DNA of 64,000 bases from Octopus vulgaris (lineage: Eukaryota): positions 78,988,001-79,052,000 of the forward strand of contig OX597817.1 in NCBI GenBank assembly GCA_951406725.2, written 5' to 3'. Positions 26,056-39,109 of this stretch are shown here, in pieces. The translations under genes and the position numbers were made by a program. Every line of letters begins with the position of its first letter. Positions within the stretch are counted from its first letter, which is position 1. The notes under the pieces are model-generated. The model saw nothing but the letters and a program-made list of their open reading frames with translations. It was not told the DNA's origin and did no database searches.

Positions 26056-27179
26056 TCATTTAACAAAAACAGCCCCACACTACAAAAAACAAAAAACAGG
26101 TAAATAAAATTCAAAAGAAACCTACACACCCCCACAACACTCACTGCCCTCGTATTCCCAAATCCTCTCACAAAACCAAACCAACAGTGCAAATATTAAT
26201 TCTTTGCTAATTTGCTGCTTCTGTTGTTGTTGCTGTTGTTTTCATTTATGTTTTTGTTGCTATAGCATGGGTGGTATTGATGGTAGACAATAGGAGAAAG
26301 AAGGTGTTATTCTATAGATATTTTGTTATTGTTGTTGTTCTTATTGTTCTTTACTCCCTGAGGTTAACCCTCACTGAGAAAACACCACATCAAGAGTCAT
26401 TCAAGCCATGATCTTCCAGCTTTTGTCTAAGATGTAAATAATATCTTCAATTCACAAAACCCTCACCTCAACCTTTTCCTTTCTTTTTTTAAGACAGTAG
26501 GATGTGACTTTAGCAAAAGAATCCCCTGTTATTCTTGGCAGGATGTAAAAAAAAAAAAAAAACTACAGTGAAGGGCTCCTCCTTTCATAATAATTTTATT
26601 GAAATTTATAACTTTGAGGTTTTTGTGAAGGGAAAAGTATTTTTCAAGCATAATGTATTTTGAAGCAAAAAAGAAAATGATGATTCAACACATTTAATGC
26701 TCTAATACTATGATGGATGATTATAATTTATTAAAACTAAATACTGTATTTTTATTGCATTTAAAATCTCCTTATTTTTTCATGAGCCTTTCTTTTGTTC
26801 CATTATAGAATTTTATAATATTATTTCTTTATTGTTTGTTTATGGTAAATCTTTAAAAAAGTATTCTTTTTCTTTTTAACGCTTGTAGTTTTTATTGGGT
26901 TTGGCATATATTATTGACATATTAATGTTATATAATCTGGATATTAAAAATTTATGCCTCAGTCTTTATTTCTTTCCATCTCTCTCTCTCTCTCGATATG
27001 TATTTGTGTGTGTGAATGTGAGTATGTGTGTGTGTGTGTATCTATGTGTTTATATATGTATGAATGTGTATGTATACATGCACACACATGCATGTGTATA
27101 GATATATTACATAAGAAGCTGAAAATACTTTGCTTGATATTCAAATGTTAAAATTTCACAAATAATATTTGTGACTACA

Positions 27180-27217
<38 letters not shown>

Positions 27218-27276
27218 GAGAAAGAGTTGTCTAAAAATCCAGGGAACCCTTAATCCAATGTTGTTGATTCTTTTTG

Positions 27277-27808
27277 AGAGTTGGGCCTCACAGAGGCAAA
27301 GTGGCTGAATTCCTCTTGGGTATTGGGTCTCATGGAGGCAAAGTGGTCAAGTTCACTTTGAGCATTGGGCCTCTCAGAAGCAAAGTGACTGAGTTCCTTT
27401 TGAGTGTTGGGCCTCAGGCAGGCAAGGTGGCTGTGTTCCTTTCAAGCATTAGGCCTCACAGAGGCAATGACCAAGACCTTTGGCATTATGCCATGCTTGA
27501 AAAGAAGACCCATCAGGGTGGGCAAAATCACAATCATGGCAGATACTGGTGTCATGCTAATTTGCACCCATACTGGTGGCACGTAAATGCACCCAAGTGT
27601 TGTGCAAATGGCACCCTTGTTGGTGGAATGTAAAAGCACCCATTACATTCTTGGAGTGATTGGCATTAGGAAGGGCATCCAGTCACAGAAAACCATGCCA
27701 AATCAGACTGGAGTCTGGTGCAGCCTTCCAGTGTGCCAGCCCAGTCAAACCATCCAACCCATGCCAGCATGGACAATGGACGCTAAATGATGATGATGAT
27801 GATGATGA
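27277..27808 (+). mobile_element. RTE-derived non-autonomous element with 42-bp tandem repeats at its 5' end
   Basis: ttgggcctca-type units at 27281, 27323, 27365, 27407 and 27449; the last unit continues as LGLTEAMTK..LW.YA.LEK (RTE C-terminus), then the RTE 3' UTR and (GAT)n. Confidence 0.75.
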
Positions 27809-28275
27809 TATACATATTCTTTTATCTTTTTACTTGTTTCAATCATTTGACGATGGCCATGCTGGAGCACTGCCTTTAGTCGAATAAATCTGCCCCAGGA
27901 CTTATTGTTTGTAAGTTGAGTCATAATTCTATTGGCCTCTTTTGCCAAACTGCTAAGCTATGGGGTATAAACACATCAGCATCAGCTGTCAAGTGATGGT
28001 GTTGGGGGGGGGACAAACATAGATACACGCATGGCTGTGTGGTTAAGTAGCTTGCTTACCAACCACATTGTTCCAGGTTCAATCCCACTGCGTGGCACTT
28101 TGGGCAAGTGTCTTCTACTATAACCTTGGGCTGACCAAAGCCTTGTGAGTGGATTTGGTAGACAGAAACTGAAAGAAGCCCACCATGTATACATATATAT
28201 ATATATATACAAATTTATGGAGATGTACTTACATGCCAAGTGACCTGATCTGAGATCGTGTGCTGGAACGAAGAC

Positions 28276-28416
28276 AATTGCAGTGTGGAAGGTGTTTATA
28301 AGCCATTTAAGAAACACACAAAATCCGTTAGAGAAATTAAATTTAAATGTTGAAGTTAATCTAACGGATTTCATCTGTTTCTTAAATGGCTTATAAACAC
28401 CTTCCACGCTGCAATT
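28276..28416. repeat. Inverted repeat with 57-bp arms
   Basis: 28276-28332 is the near reverse complement of 28360-28416. Confidence 0.9.
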
Positions 28417-28437
28417 ATATATATATATGTGTGTGTG

Positions 28438-28479
<42 letters not shown>

Positions 28480-29480
28480 CATATATATATACACATATAT
28501 ATATGCGCAAGAGTGGCTGTGTGGTAAGTAGCTTGCTTACCAACTACATGCTTCTGGGTTCAGTTCCACTGTGTGGCACCTTGGGTAAGTGGTCATGGTG
28601 GGCTTCATATATTTAGCCCCAGTGTCACTTTGATGGCATGCACTGCTCTCACACTCAATAATGATAATAATATATGATATATGTATATATATATGTTTGT
28701 CTGTTTATTAATCTTTAATCTATTTATTTACCTGCATGTGTTCATGTGTGCATATGTATGTGTGCATGTGTGTGTATATCTGTAGGAATAATATATCAGA
28801 ACCACACATTATCCAATATGTCTTGTACCAAAGCTATAAGAATATATACTCTATAGAAATAGAAACATGAATATTCATATAAATGTCCCTTTATTCATAC
28901 CCTTATCAGTTCACTTAATATCACTCAATCTCTCATAAGAAAATGAATGAGGAATATACAGTGGTCATATCTTCATATTTAGATTGAATTTTTATCCATA
29001 TTACCAAGTCGTTGGAGTTTAATTCCATTTTCATTTGGTAAATTTTTAAAGAATAAACACGAAACAGTTGTATTTACCTCATTCTTAATGTGTTTACTTG
29101 GTTCTATACATAACCAGCGTTGTAATGTTTTGGTGTAATTCAAACAACATGTTCATATTATGGGTTTTGTGTTAGTACACATTTGTGTTATCTACATTAA
29201 TGTGAGGAAATAATAAAAATGCCAAGATAGGAAAATAATATATAATAGACAATAGATGCTTTGTCTCTAGTTTAAGTTTTAATGCTCAACCATATGTATG
29301 TATATGTATGTATGTGTGTATATATATATAATTAGTTATAAAATCTTAAGCAGAGATAGAGTAGTACCACATACTAAACAGTAAAGCAAGTTGCTACAAC
29401 GAAGTAGCAGTCGAATGTTACTATTAGTTTAACCCTAGGCAGATTCTCGGCTAGCTGGTTATTGGTGCAAAGCTCTGCAT

Positions 29481-29875
29481 TCTTTACTCTTTTACTTGTT
29501 TCAGTCATATGACTGTGGCCATACCGGAGCACCACCTTTCAGTTGAGCAAATCGACACCAGGACTTATTCTTTGGAAGCCTAGTACTTATTCTATTGGTC
29601 TCTTTTGCCAAACCGCTAAGTTACGGGGACATAAACACACCAGCATCGGTTGTCAAGCGATGTTGGGGGACAAACTCAGACTCACAAACACACATATACA
29701 TATACATATATGCGACGGGCTTCTTTCAGTTTCCGTGTACCAAATCCACTCACAAGGCTTTTGTTGGCCCGAGGCTATAGTAGAAGACACTTGCCCAAGG
29801 TGCCACACAGTGGGACTGAACCCGGAACCATGTGGTTGGGAAGCAAGCTACTTACCACACAACCACTCCTACACC
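29481..29875 (-). mobile_element. Full-length SINE family A
   Basis: Matches family A. Confidence 0.9.
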
Positions 29876-29920
29876 AATGTGATTGTCTCACTCTGAGGAT
29901 GGGTAACTACCCAGAAACCT

Positions 29921-30390
29921 AGGCAAAAATTGACATTTCTAAATTATCACTCACCCCCACCCCCATTTCCTTCATTTTTAACTTTTGTCAGAATCTATTT
30001 TTCAAAATATGTGGAAAAATACAGAGATTATGATTCTGAAAAAAATTTCCAAAAATCTTTGTAAAATTTGTTTTTAAGAATTTTTTTTTCTAAATATGTG
30101 GAAAAATACAGACATCATGATTCGGACAAAAATTTCAAAACATTTCTGTACTTACAGTTATAGTTTTAGGGTTAGGGTTTTAGGGTTAGTGTTGGGGAAA
30201 AAAGTCAAAATTGAGGAAATTAGTGGGGAAAGGTGGGGAAATTCATAATGCTGATTTTAGGCAATTTCCCGGAACCTCTGTATCCGAAAACGGGGATTTT
30301 TGGCAATAAAAATTACAAAAATAAACAAATTTGGGAGAAAATGGGGTGGGGTGGGGTTACGGGTGGAAGTTTTGTCAAATTTAGCCCAAA
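29921..30390. mobile_element. Putative MITE with internal TTAGGG repeats
   Basis: Imperfect inverted ends (ggcaaaaattgaca...cccacccccatttc versus the reverse complement of 30338-30388), internal duplication at ~30005/30092, and ttagggttagggttttagggttag at ~30165-30190. Confidence 0.45.
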
Positions 30391-30475
30391 TACACTGTAG
30401 TGCTAGATATAGTATGTCTCAAAAGAATAAGACAGTATGATCACATTTAGCTGATGAGGGTTAACTTTGGGCTAA

Positions 30476-30810
30476 CAATGACAACAACAACATCTACAAC
30501 AACAATATCAGCAGCAACAACAGACACAACAAATCATCAACACTAACATCAACTACACCACTAACAGCAACATCCGTGATAAAGCATTAGCAAAAAGCAA
30601 ACCAATAACAACAAGAACTAAAATAACACAAATAACAACAATAACCTCAATAGCTTCAACAATATCAACAACAGCAAATATGTTTACAACAAAAATACTA
30701 TTATCAACAACAAAAACAACAACAGTAGCAACAACATCAACAATAAAAACAATGACAATAACAACAAATATATCAACAACACCAGCAACATCACCTACAA
30801 CACCAACTCA
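30476..30810. repeat. Degenerate (AAC)n tract
   Basis: Direct reading. Confidence 0.9.
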
Positions 30811-31169
30811 AACTAGATAAGCATGCCATCTATCATATTACAGAGACATGGCTAAAATTTTTTTTAAAGTTTATAATTGTTTATCTGCATGTCAAGGAAT
30901 TACAGAAAAGCAAAAAGCTAACATAAACAAGGAGAAAAATAGAGAAGGCAGTAGCAAAAAAACAAAAAACGTATGGAATTAAGATCACTATTGGCATGGC
31001 TGTGTGGTAAGAAGCTTGGTTTTCAACCACACAGTTTTGGGTTCAGTCTCGTGGTGTGGCACCTTTGGCATGTGTCTTTTGCTATAGCTCCAAGTTGACA
31101 AAAAGCCTTGTGAGTCAATTTGGTAGATGGAAACTAAAAGATGCCCAACATATATATATGTAAAAATAA

Positions 31170-31425
31170 ATAAACGTCGCCCTTATAAAGCCTAGCCAGG
31201 CTCATGGGCTCGGTTTCCCGGTTTCAATGGAATATGTGTTCCCCAGCTGGACGGGACACCAGTCCATCGCAGCGTGTTACTCATTTTTGCCAGGCGAGGG
31301 GACTGGAGCAACGTGGAATGAAGTGTTTTGCTCAAGAACACAACCCGTTGCCCGGTCCAGGAATCGAAACCACAATCTTACGATCATGATGCTGACACTC
31401 TAACCACTAAGCCACATGCCTCCAC
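31170..31425 (-). mobile_element. SINE with family D head and tail type 2
   Basis: Head gtggaggcatgtggcttagtggttagagtg, body ttgtgttcttgagcaaaacacttcattccac, and the same tail as 15600 and 33925. Confidence 0.8.
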
Positions 31426-31457
31426 AACATATATATATTATATATATATATATATAT

Positions 31458-32078
31458 AGGTGCAGGTGTGGCTTCGCAACCACACGGTTCCAGGTCCAGT
31501 CCTAGAGTGTGAGCTTGGGCAAGTGCCTTCTGCTATAGGCTCTGGCTGACCAAAGCTTTGTTAGTGGATTTGGTAGACAAAAACTGGAAGTAGCCTGTTG
31601 TATATAAATATATATTCATATATGTGTGTGTCTTTGTGTCTGTGTTTGTCCCCCACACCATCACTGCTTGACAACCAGTTTTGATGTGTTTACATACCTG
31701 TAACTTAGCAGTTCAGCAAAAGAGACCGATAGAATAATTACTAGGCTTAAAAACTAAGTCCCAAGGTCGATTTGGTCCCAGGACTTATTCTATGTAAGCC
31801 TGGTACTCATTCTATCAGTTTCTTTTGCTAAACTGCTAAGTTACAGGGACATAAACACACCAAAATCAATTGTTAAGTGATGGTAGGGGTCAAACACAGA
31901 CACACACTCACATAAATATATACATATATGACAGGCTCCTTTCATTTTCCGTCTGTCAAATCCAATCACAACGCTTTGGTTGGCCAGAGGCTATAGTAAA
32001 AGACGCTTGCCAAGGGACTGAACTCGGAACCATGTGATTGGGAAGCAAGCTTCTTATCACATAACAATGCCTGTACCT
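31458..32078. mobile_element. Two family A SINEs fused tail-to-tail (31458-31775 +, 31776-32078 -)
   Basis: Orientation switches at ...ggtcgatttggt|cccaggactta... Confidence 0.85.
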
Positions 32079-33919
32079 ATATTATTCACTACAATCAATT
32101 CGATGCATCATGCACCAGTGCTTTGTAGAGGTGAGATGCTATACAAATAGTTGTGGTGCATCCTAGGTGTGGATGTGTCTCATCAGGTGTCTTGTCAAAA
32201 GGTACAACTTTTTCTAATCTCCGTTTGGATTGATTCTATTAAAATACATTTTAGTAGTTATAGTGTGTTTCTATAATTACGAGTAAGCACTGACCTCAAC
32301 TCCGTCGATCAAATCTCTCCAAGGTGTTGCTTCAGCAAAGCTACAGTCTAATGACAAACATGTAACAGATAAATTCATACACAGGGAGTCAAAGATAAAT
32401 TTTGCTACCTAATACTGAGCTTGTTCTATGGAAAGTAGAAGCAATGATAAGATTATCTCCCCTGTGAATGATTGCTTCTTTTGTACAAGAAGAGTGTGAT
32501 ACTGGTGTTTAGTCATGAGTCAAATTTGTATGAGCAAACATTTGATCAGAAACATTACAACACTTGATCCACATTGCTTTCATTTCATTCACAGGTTATC
32601 TAGAATTAGATGATAAACTGTACTTCTTATCTTTCATTTTTTAAGATAATTGTCTATTGTTTGAAGGATCTTAATGCCTGCTTTTCCATGCTTGCATGGG
32701 TCAGATGAAATCTGTGATGTAGACATTTTATGGCTATAGGCCATCAAGAATGGCCTATAGCCCTCGTCAGTTTCCAAAATAAGATTATGTTTGGCCAGAC
32801 AAGTTTGCGTGGAAGGCTGGAAATGAAAGATACTGCTTTTATAATGGTAACAAACACAACTATCAAGTAATATCAAGACAATGAGACACAAACATAGATG
32901 TATGAACACACACACACAAAAGCAGATGCACATACACACACAAATACATATATGTGAACACAGAGCTGTCTTAGACTTAACAGAGTTATAGGCCCACAGG
33001 CAAATCACTGCACTGGGCCCTAGAAATGTTTATTTATTGACAGACAGCATACATATATTAGAAATGGGTCTTCAGACCTGTGGAATCCTCAACCCAGAGT
33101 GCTCACGTTTAAAGGCTGTACAACATACACATATGCATGCATGTGTAAGAGGTTTCTTCCAGAGCTATAATAAAAAAAATACCTGCCCAATGTACTATGC
33201 TATACATTGGGAAAGTATTTTTTATCAAAACCTGAATCCAGGTATTTTTGGACAGCAAATATCTTAATTAAACAGTTCAAGGACTGTATCATACTACAGT
33301 GTCTGCTTTGGTATGGTTTCCTCAGTTTGAGGTCCTTTCTTATACCAATTACTTTACAACATGTACTTGGTGCTTATTCCATAGCATTTGTACTAGTGAA
33401 GTCACCATGCAGTTCGTAAGGCTACTAATCCAAAGAGGGTAACTTTAAGTTAAGAAATGAGGGATAAAAGCAGGTTAAAAGTATGAGGTAAGATATCAAA
33501 GCAGAACAGGTTTCTTGCTGTAGTGAAGGCATATGACAACTCATATTTTAGAAAAGATGGTAGGAGTGATTGAGCGAAATTAGGAAGTAATAAAAATTAG
33601 TGAAGTGTCAGGTTGGACCTACAAGGTACAACGTGAGTAGAAATAAGTGAAGCAGAAACACCAGGAGTGCCAGAGAGGAGTTAGAGATGAATGGCAGTGC
33701 AGAACAGCAGAATAGTAATGATGAAGCAGTAGACAGGGGAAGGACAAGAGAAAAATGATATTGAGTAGGCCTAAAAAATGAAGGTGGAAAAGGGAGAGGA
33801 AAAGGTAGTACATAGGGAGGGTGAGAGTTGTATGATAATAAGGGGGGCTCATTAGATGGGGATGATTAATGACAGTATGGATGGAGAGAAGTTGGTTAAT
33901 GGATGAATGTCGGATGACA

Positions 33920-34229
33920 TTTTATGCACCCTTTTCAAGCCTAGCCAGTCTCATGGGCCCGGTTTCCTCGTTTCTGTGGCGTACGTGTTCCCTCCAGCTG
34001 GACAGGACACCAGTCCATCGCAGCAATACTCAAGAAACAGGAAGAAAGAGTGAGAAAAAGTTGGGTTGAAAGAGTACAACAGGGGTCACCACTACCCCCT
34101 TGCAGGAGCCTCGTGGAGCTTTAGGTGTTTTTGCTCAATAAACATACACAACACCTGGTCTGGGAATCGAAACTGCAATCCTCCGATTGTGAGTCCGCTG
34201 CCCTAACCGCTGGGCCATTGCGCCTCCAC
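33920..34229 (-). mobile_element. SINE family B with tail type 2
   Basis: Colinear with 15600-15909. Confidence 0.85.
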
Positions 34230-35099
34230 AAAATAGTTTTAGGCAGCATAAGATATAAGTGATATCAAAGAAGGACAGCAGTTAGGGAGATGATGGCATG
34301 CAGATTTGTTGTGACAGACAGGTCTTCTATAGAACTGCATATCACCAGTCATCATGCTCCTTTGCAAGGTTCACAGTCCTGAAATCAGCCTTTATATCTT
34401 TCTAGGTCTCCTTCTTTTACAAGCTCCATTCACTTTGAACCATCAGTACGTTTTTATACAGCTCTCATTAATCATATGCATTGCTTATCTATAACAGCAT
34501 AAACTTGTTTCTTGCACACTACATTTACTGCCTATTCTGTTCAGTTTTGCTCTCAGCACATTTACACTATGTTCTTCACTATGTTGTTCTCTATTCACGA
34601 TATTCGAATAGTGAACACCACGTTCACTACGTTGTGTACTCTTTTTTTTTTTACTCTTTTTACTTGTTTCAGTCATTTGACTGTGGCCATACTGGATCAC
34701 TGCCTTTAGTCGAGCAAATCGACCCCAGGACTTATTCTTTGTAAGCCTAGTACTTATTCTATCAGTCTCTTTTGCCAAACTGCCAACTTACAGGGATGTA
34801 AACACACCAGTATCGGTTGTAAAGCAATGCTGGGGGGACAAACACAGACACACAAATACACACACACATTTATATATATATATGTTGTCCATACACACTT
34901 ATATTGCACATCCAACAAAATATGCTTGCTTAATGTCTTTCCAGTCTTCACAAGTCCTCTACATTCAAGGTTCATGTCTCACTACCATACAACATTGCAG
35001 TTCTCACACAAGTATCATATAATCTACCCTTCACTTTAAGTGAAATACCTCTTACTATTTACACCTTCTATTTTTCTTCTTCATTAACTTTTTACAAAG

Positions 35100-35162
35100 G
35101 AAAAAACATATCAGGTGACTGCATAGAGGCCTGGTTTGCCTCGGTCCACATGGTGATGAAAA
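35100..35162 (+). CDS. Candidate 63-bp internal coding exon of an unidentified gene
   Basis: Pyrimidine tract and AG at 35098-99, GTAAGT donor at 35163, only one open frame (KNISGDCIEAWFASVHMVMK), phase 1-1, non-repetitive sequence. Confidence 0.35.
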
Positions 35163-35237
35163 GTAAGTAATGATGATCCAAAGAGGAGAATCTCCTAGAG
35201 GTCCTTCAGGCAGCTAGAAATAAATCAGGGAATCAGG

Positions 35238-35478
35238 TAAAAGTGGCAAGCTGGCAGAAACGCTAGCCTGCCGGGCGAAATTCTTAGTGGTAGTTCGTTT
35301 GCCGTTATATTCTGAGTTCAAATTCCACCGAGGTCAACTTTGCCTTTCATCCTTTCGGGGTCCAATAAATTAAGTACTAGTTATGCACTGGGTCGATGTA
35401 ACCGACTTAATCCCTTTGTCTATCCTTGTTTGTCCCCTCTATGTTTAGCCCCTTGTGGGCAATAAAGAAATAAGAAAT
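35238..35478 (+). mobile_element. Full-length SINE family C
   Basis: A/B boxes (GCTGGCAGAA, GAGTTCAAATTCC), central GAGGTCAACTTTGCCTTTCATCCTTTCGGGGTC resembling the Nin/Deu domain, flanking direct repeat AGAAATAAATCAGG (35216, 35473). Confidence 0.85.
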
Positions 35479-36615
35479 AAATCAGGAAATGTTGTGTAGA
35501 CTATGACCTTATTATTAGCGATATCCTGTGATGCAAAGTTTCAGGTACCTTGGTACTTAATGGTCTGCTATTCGAAACACACATACTCGTGCTTATATAT
35601 ACATAGATATACACATACATATGCACACATATATCAATATGTACATATACACACATAACTGGCATTCCATTGCTTACAGTGATGAGGGTACCAGACAATG
35701 TGATCAATGGAACAGCCTGCCCATGAAATTAACATGCAAATGGCTGAGCACTCCACAGACACACATACACTTAACGTAGTTCTCAGAGAGAATTGAACTC
35801 ACAGATTAACGATCGTGATTCGAATATACCCTAATCATTAAGCCATGTGCCTTCACATACACATATACATACTCACAGATGCATGCATACACATACATAC
35901 AGACATTCAGACAGAAAGACAGATGCACATACTCATTACAGACATTTGCACAAAATAAATTTAGTCTCATAACAACCAGTTCATGCTACGAAACGGTTTT
36001 GTGTTGAAAAGCCTTCCATGTTTTGAAAGGTCAATTAACAATCATTGGATATAGGTGAGTGAGTTGCTTATTACTGGAGGTATGAAACTACCTCATCCAA
36101 TTTATAACTCTTAGAGATGTTACAAAAAGTATGCAACAAAAATTATGGATGATGGAAATATAGTAAAAGAACATGAAACCATTCAGTAACATGTATAAGT
36201 CTTCGTGAGATAAATTTATTATATTATGTAAATATTTTAATATTTAATACTCTCTCTGTTATTTAGTACACATGTGATTGTGTTGTTTTATTTGTGAAAA
36301 GTTACTGTAAAATTATATATATGTATATATACATATACATACATATATATGAATGTATATATGTTTGTGTGTGTGTGTATATATATATATATACATACAT
36401 ATATACGAATGTACGTCTATATATTTCTAATGCTTTGTATAATGAAATCCTAGTATTTTAACTGTTTGTTCATAAATTTATTTGTATTCTTTTTTTGTCA
36501 TTGCTGAAGTATTAACTATATTGATTTAAATGTCTCCTGGGGTGATTAATGATATTTTATATCTTATGGTATAATTGAAAATATGTACATGCATTTGCAG
36601 GTTTTATCATAGCCA

Positions 36616-36650
<35 letters not shown>

Positions 36651-37099
36651 TAGATACATGATTAAATACATTATATATATATATATATTTATATATATAT
36701 GTGTGTATGCATGTATGTGTGTGTATGTGCTTATACCCATATGCAAGTTACATTATTGTATTATTTCTGCATTTCTCTTTATCTGAACATATGTATGCAT
36801 TGCTACAAGCATGTACTTACACTTATTCTAATTACAATATTAACCTCATTTTATCAGACTTGATGTATGACAAATCATGGATTTTAATCCACCCTTCCAA
36901 CCAAAACTGACAAAAAAAATAATAAATAAATAAGTAAATAAATAATATACATACAAATAGAAATATTTATATAATGAACATAATGAAATGTCACAACAAT
37001 TAGTAATGATAATAATAATAATAATAATAAAAATAATAATAATAACAACAACAACAATAATGATAATAATAATGATGATAATGAAGATGATGATAATAA

Positions 37100-37135
<36 letters not shown>

Positions 37136-37144
37136 GTATACATT

Positions 37145-37175
<31 letters not shown>

Positions 37176-37296
37176 TTTATATATATGTATGTATATATAT
37201 ATACACACATACATATATATATATATTCATATATATATATATATATATATGAAATAATAATGATATAGTGATGAAAATAAATGAGTTCTCTTTCAG

Positions 37297-37385
37297 ATTT
37301 TCCTATATCTGACACGTACATTGGCAACAAAGATGTAAACATCACAAATCCTTTAAGGATAATGAGGATGGAGGTCTCTTTATGA
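37297..37385 (+). CDS. Candidate terminal coding exon, phase-compatible with 35100-35162
   Basis: ttctctttcag acceptor; frame gives (N)FPISDTYIGNKDVNITNPLRIMRMEVSL*; AATAAA shortly after the stop. Confidence 0.3.
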
Positions 37386-37946
37386 TAGTAACAATAAATA
37401 TAGGGCTACAAAACATTTAAGTTGTTATTTTGACATGGCTTTTCAATGACATTTCGCTTGATCTCTTAATGAATTGATCTTACAAGAACAATGAATGCTA
37501 TTGAGAAATTGTATTGAAAGAGTCACATCTTTGTGCTTGTGCATGCTTGGGTGCACGTATGCAAGTGCTTCTGCACATGTGAAGATATCTATGGGCATAT
37601 GTTTATGTTAGTGTATATGTATATGTTAGTGTATATGTATATGTTAGTGTATATGTATATGTTAGTGTATATGTACCTGAGTATGTATATGTCAATGTGT
37701 GTTTGTGTATGTGCATGTGTGAGAGTGTGCTTGTGCATAAGTGTATGTACATATGAGTGGGTGTTTGTGTATGTCTGTGTGCTGATGTTATGTACACTCT
37801 TATATATTTAAACTTAGTGTTTAATGTTATTTTTGGACTATTCATATCTTTATTTGTCCCTTCTTTTCCTCCCTGATGAAATCCATTTATGTTGGAAATA
37901 AAAGGATTTAGGTAGTTGTTTTCTGGATAATAATAATAATAATAAT

Positions 37947-37977
<31 letters not shown>

Positions 37978-38945
37978 TATATATATATATATATGTGTTC
38001 TATAATTCTATTAAAGAAGTTGTAGTCTGCTTCTCTCTGAGAAGTACAATATTATATTGAAGCCAGTTGAAAATTTTAAAGGAAAGATATTTGAATTGGT
38101 GAAGGCTTGCAGATACTTCCATTGTTATTTATTTAGGAATTTCCAGCTTGAAACTAGTTAAAATATTCAATTTCCTACTTAAGGGATTTGCAATTCCTTG
38201 AAAATTCGTTGTATAAATAAAAAACAAAATTGACATTTATTCATCAACAATTAAAATTTCATCAGCAAAACCCACTTCTCCTTCTTTCTCTGTGTATATA
38301 TGTACACACAGAGGATGATACATATATGTGTATCATACAAAAATTATAAAAGTGTGTCTGGTTGTAAATGCATGTTTATATGAAGAGAAAATAAACCATA
38401 TGAATTGAAAGATCTTTTAATTAAATGTTTGTCAGTTTGCATACATTCATATCAAAAGCATTACATATATCTGCTTACACATACAATGAACACACATATA
38501 CATATTACATAAATGCATACATACAAGCACACACACACACACTTACTTACATTCATTCACATATGTGTAAACATATACGGTGAACTCTCCTGTTGTAGAC
38601 AACTGAAGAGAGCTACGCAATTTCTTGCTGAGCAACGTGCCTGGTTGATTTGTTTACAGGGATCAAATGTTTATGCTGTATATTAGCTTACTCAACTCCA
38701 TGAAATCAACATTGCCTGTACAGGTGAACAGTGTGCCACATGTCAGATGCTGAAGTGAATGTAAAACAATGTAAAATGAAGTGTTTACCTCAGGTGCCCC
38801 ATGCACTGCTTGGTCCAGGAATCAAAACAAAGACCTTGCTATTATGGGTGTAAACTCTAGCCATTACGTATGCGCACAGACACACACACAGATAGATAAA
38901 TGGATAGATATATGCATATATATACATACATATATTTATATTATA

Positions 38946-39000
38946 TGGCAGTGCCCCAGCATGGCCACAGCTCGTGAGCTGAAACTAGATAAAATAAAAT
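38946..39000 (+). mobile_element. Extremely 5'-truncated CR1-like LINE 3' end
   Basis: tggcagtgccccagcatggccacagctcgtgagctgaaac matches the LINE tail at 53457-53496; followed by (TAAAA)n; TA-rich flanks. Confidence 0.7.
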
Positions 39001-39109
39001 TAAAAAAATATAAATACATACACAACCATACACATACATATACATATATACACACATACATACACACTAACACACACACATATACATGTGTATATATATA
39101 TATGTATAC

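Noticed and set aside
27277-27470. Regularly spaced repeats suggestive of a CRISPR array
   Set aside because: Contiguous 42-bp tandem units without unique spacers, eukaryotic context, no cas genes.
30165-30190. Telomere or chromosome-fusion site
   Set aside because: Only about three imperfect TTAGGG units, embedded in a probable transposon.
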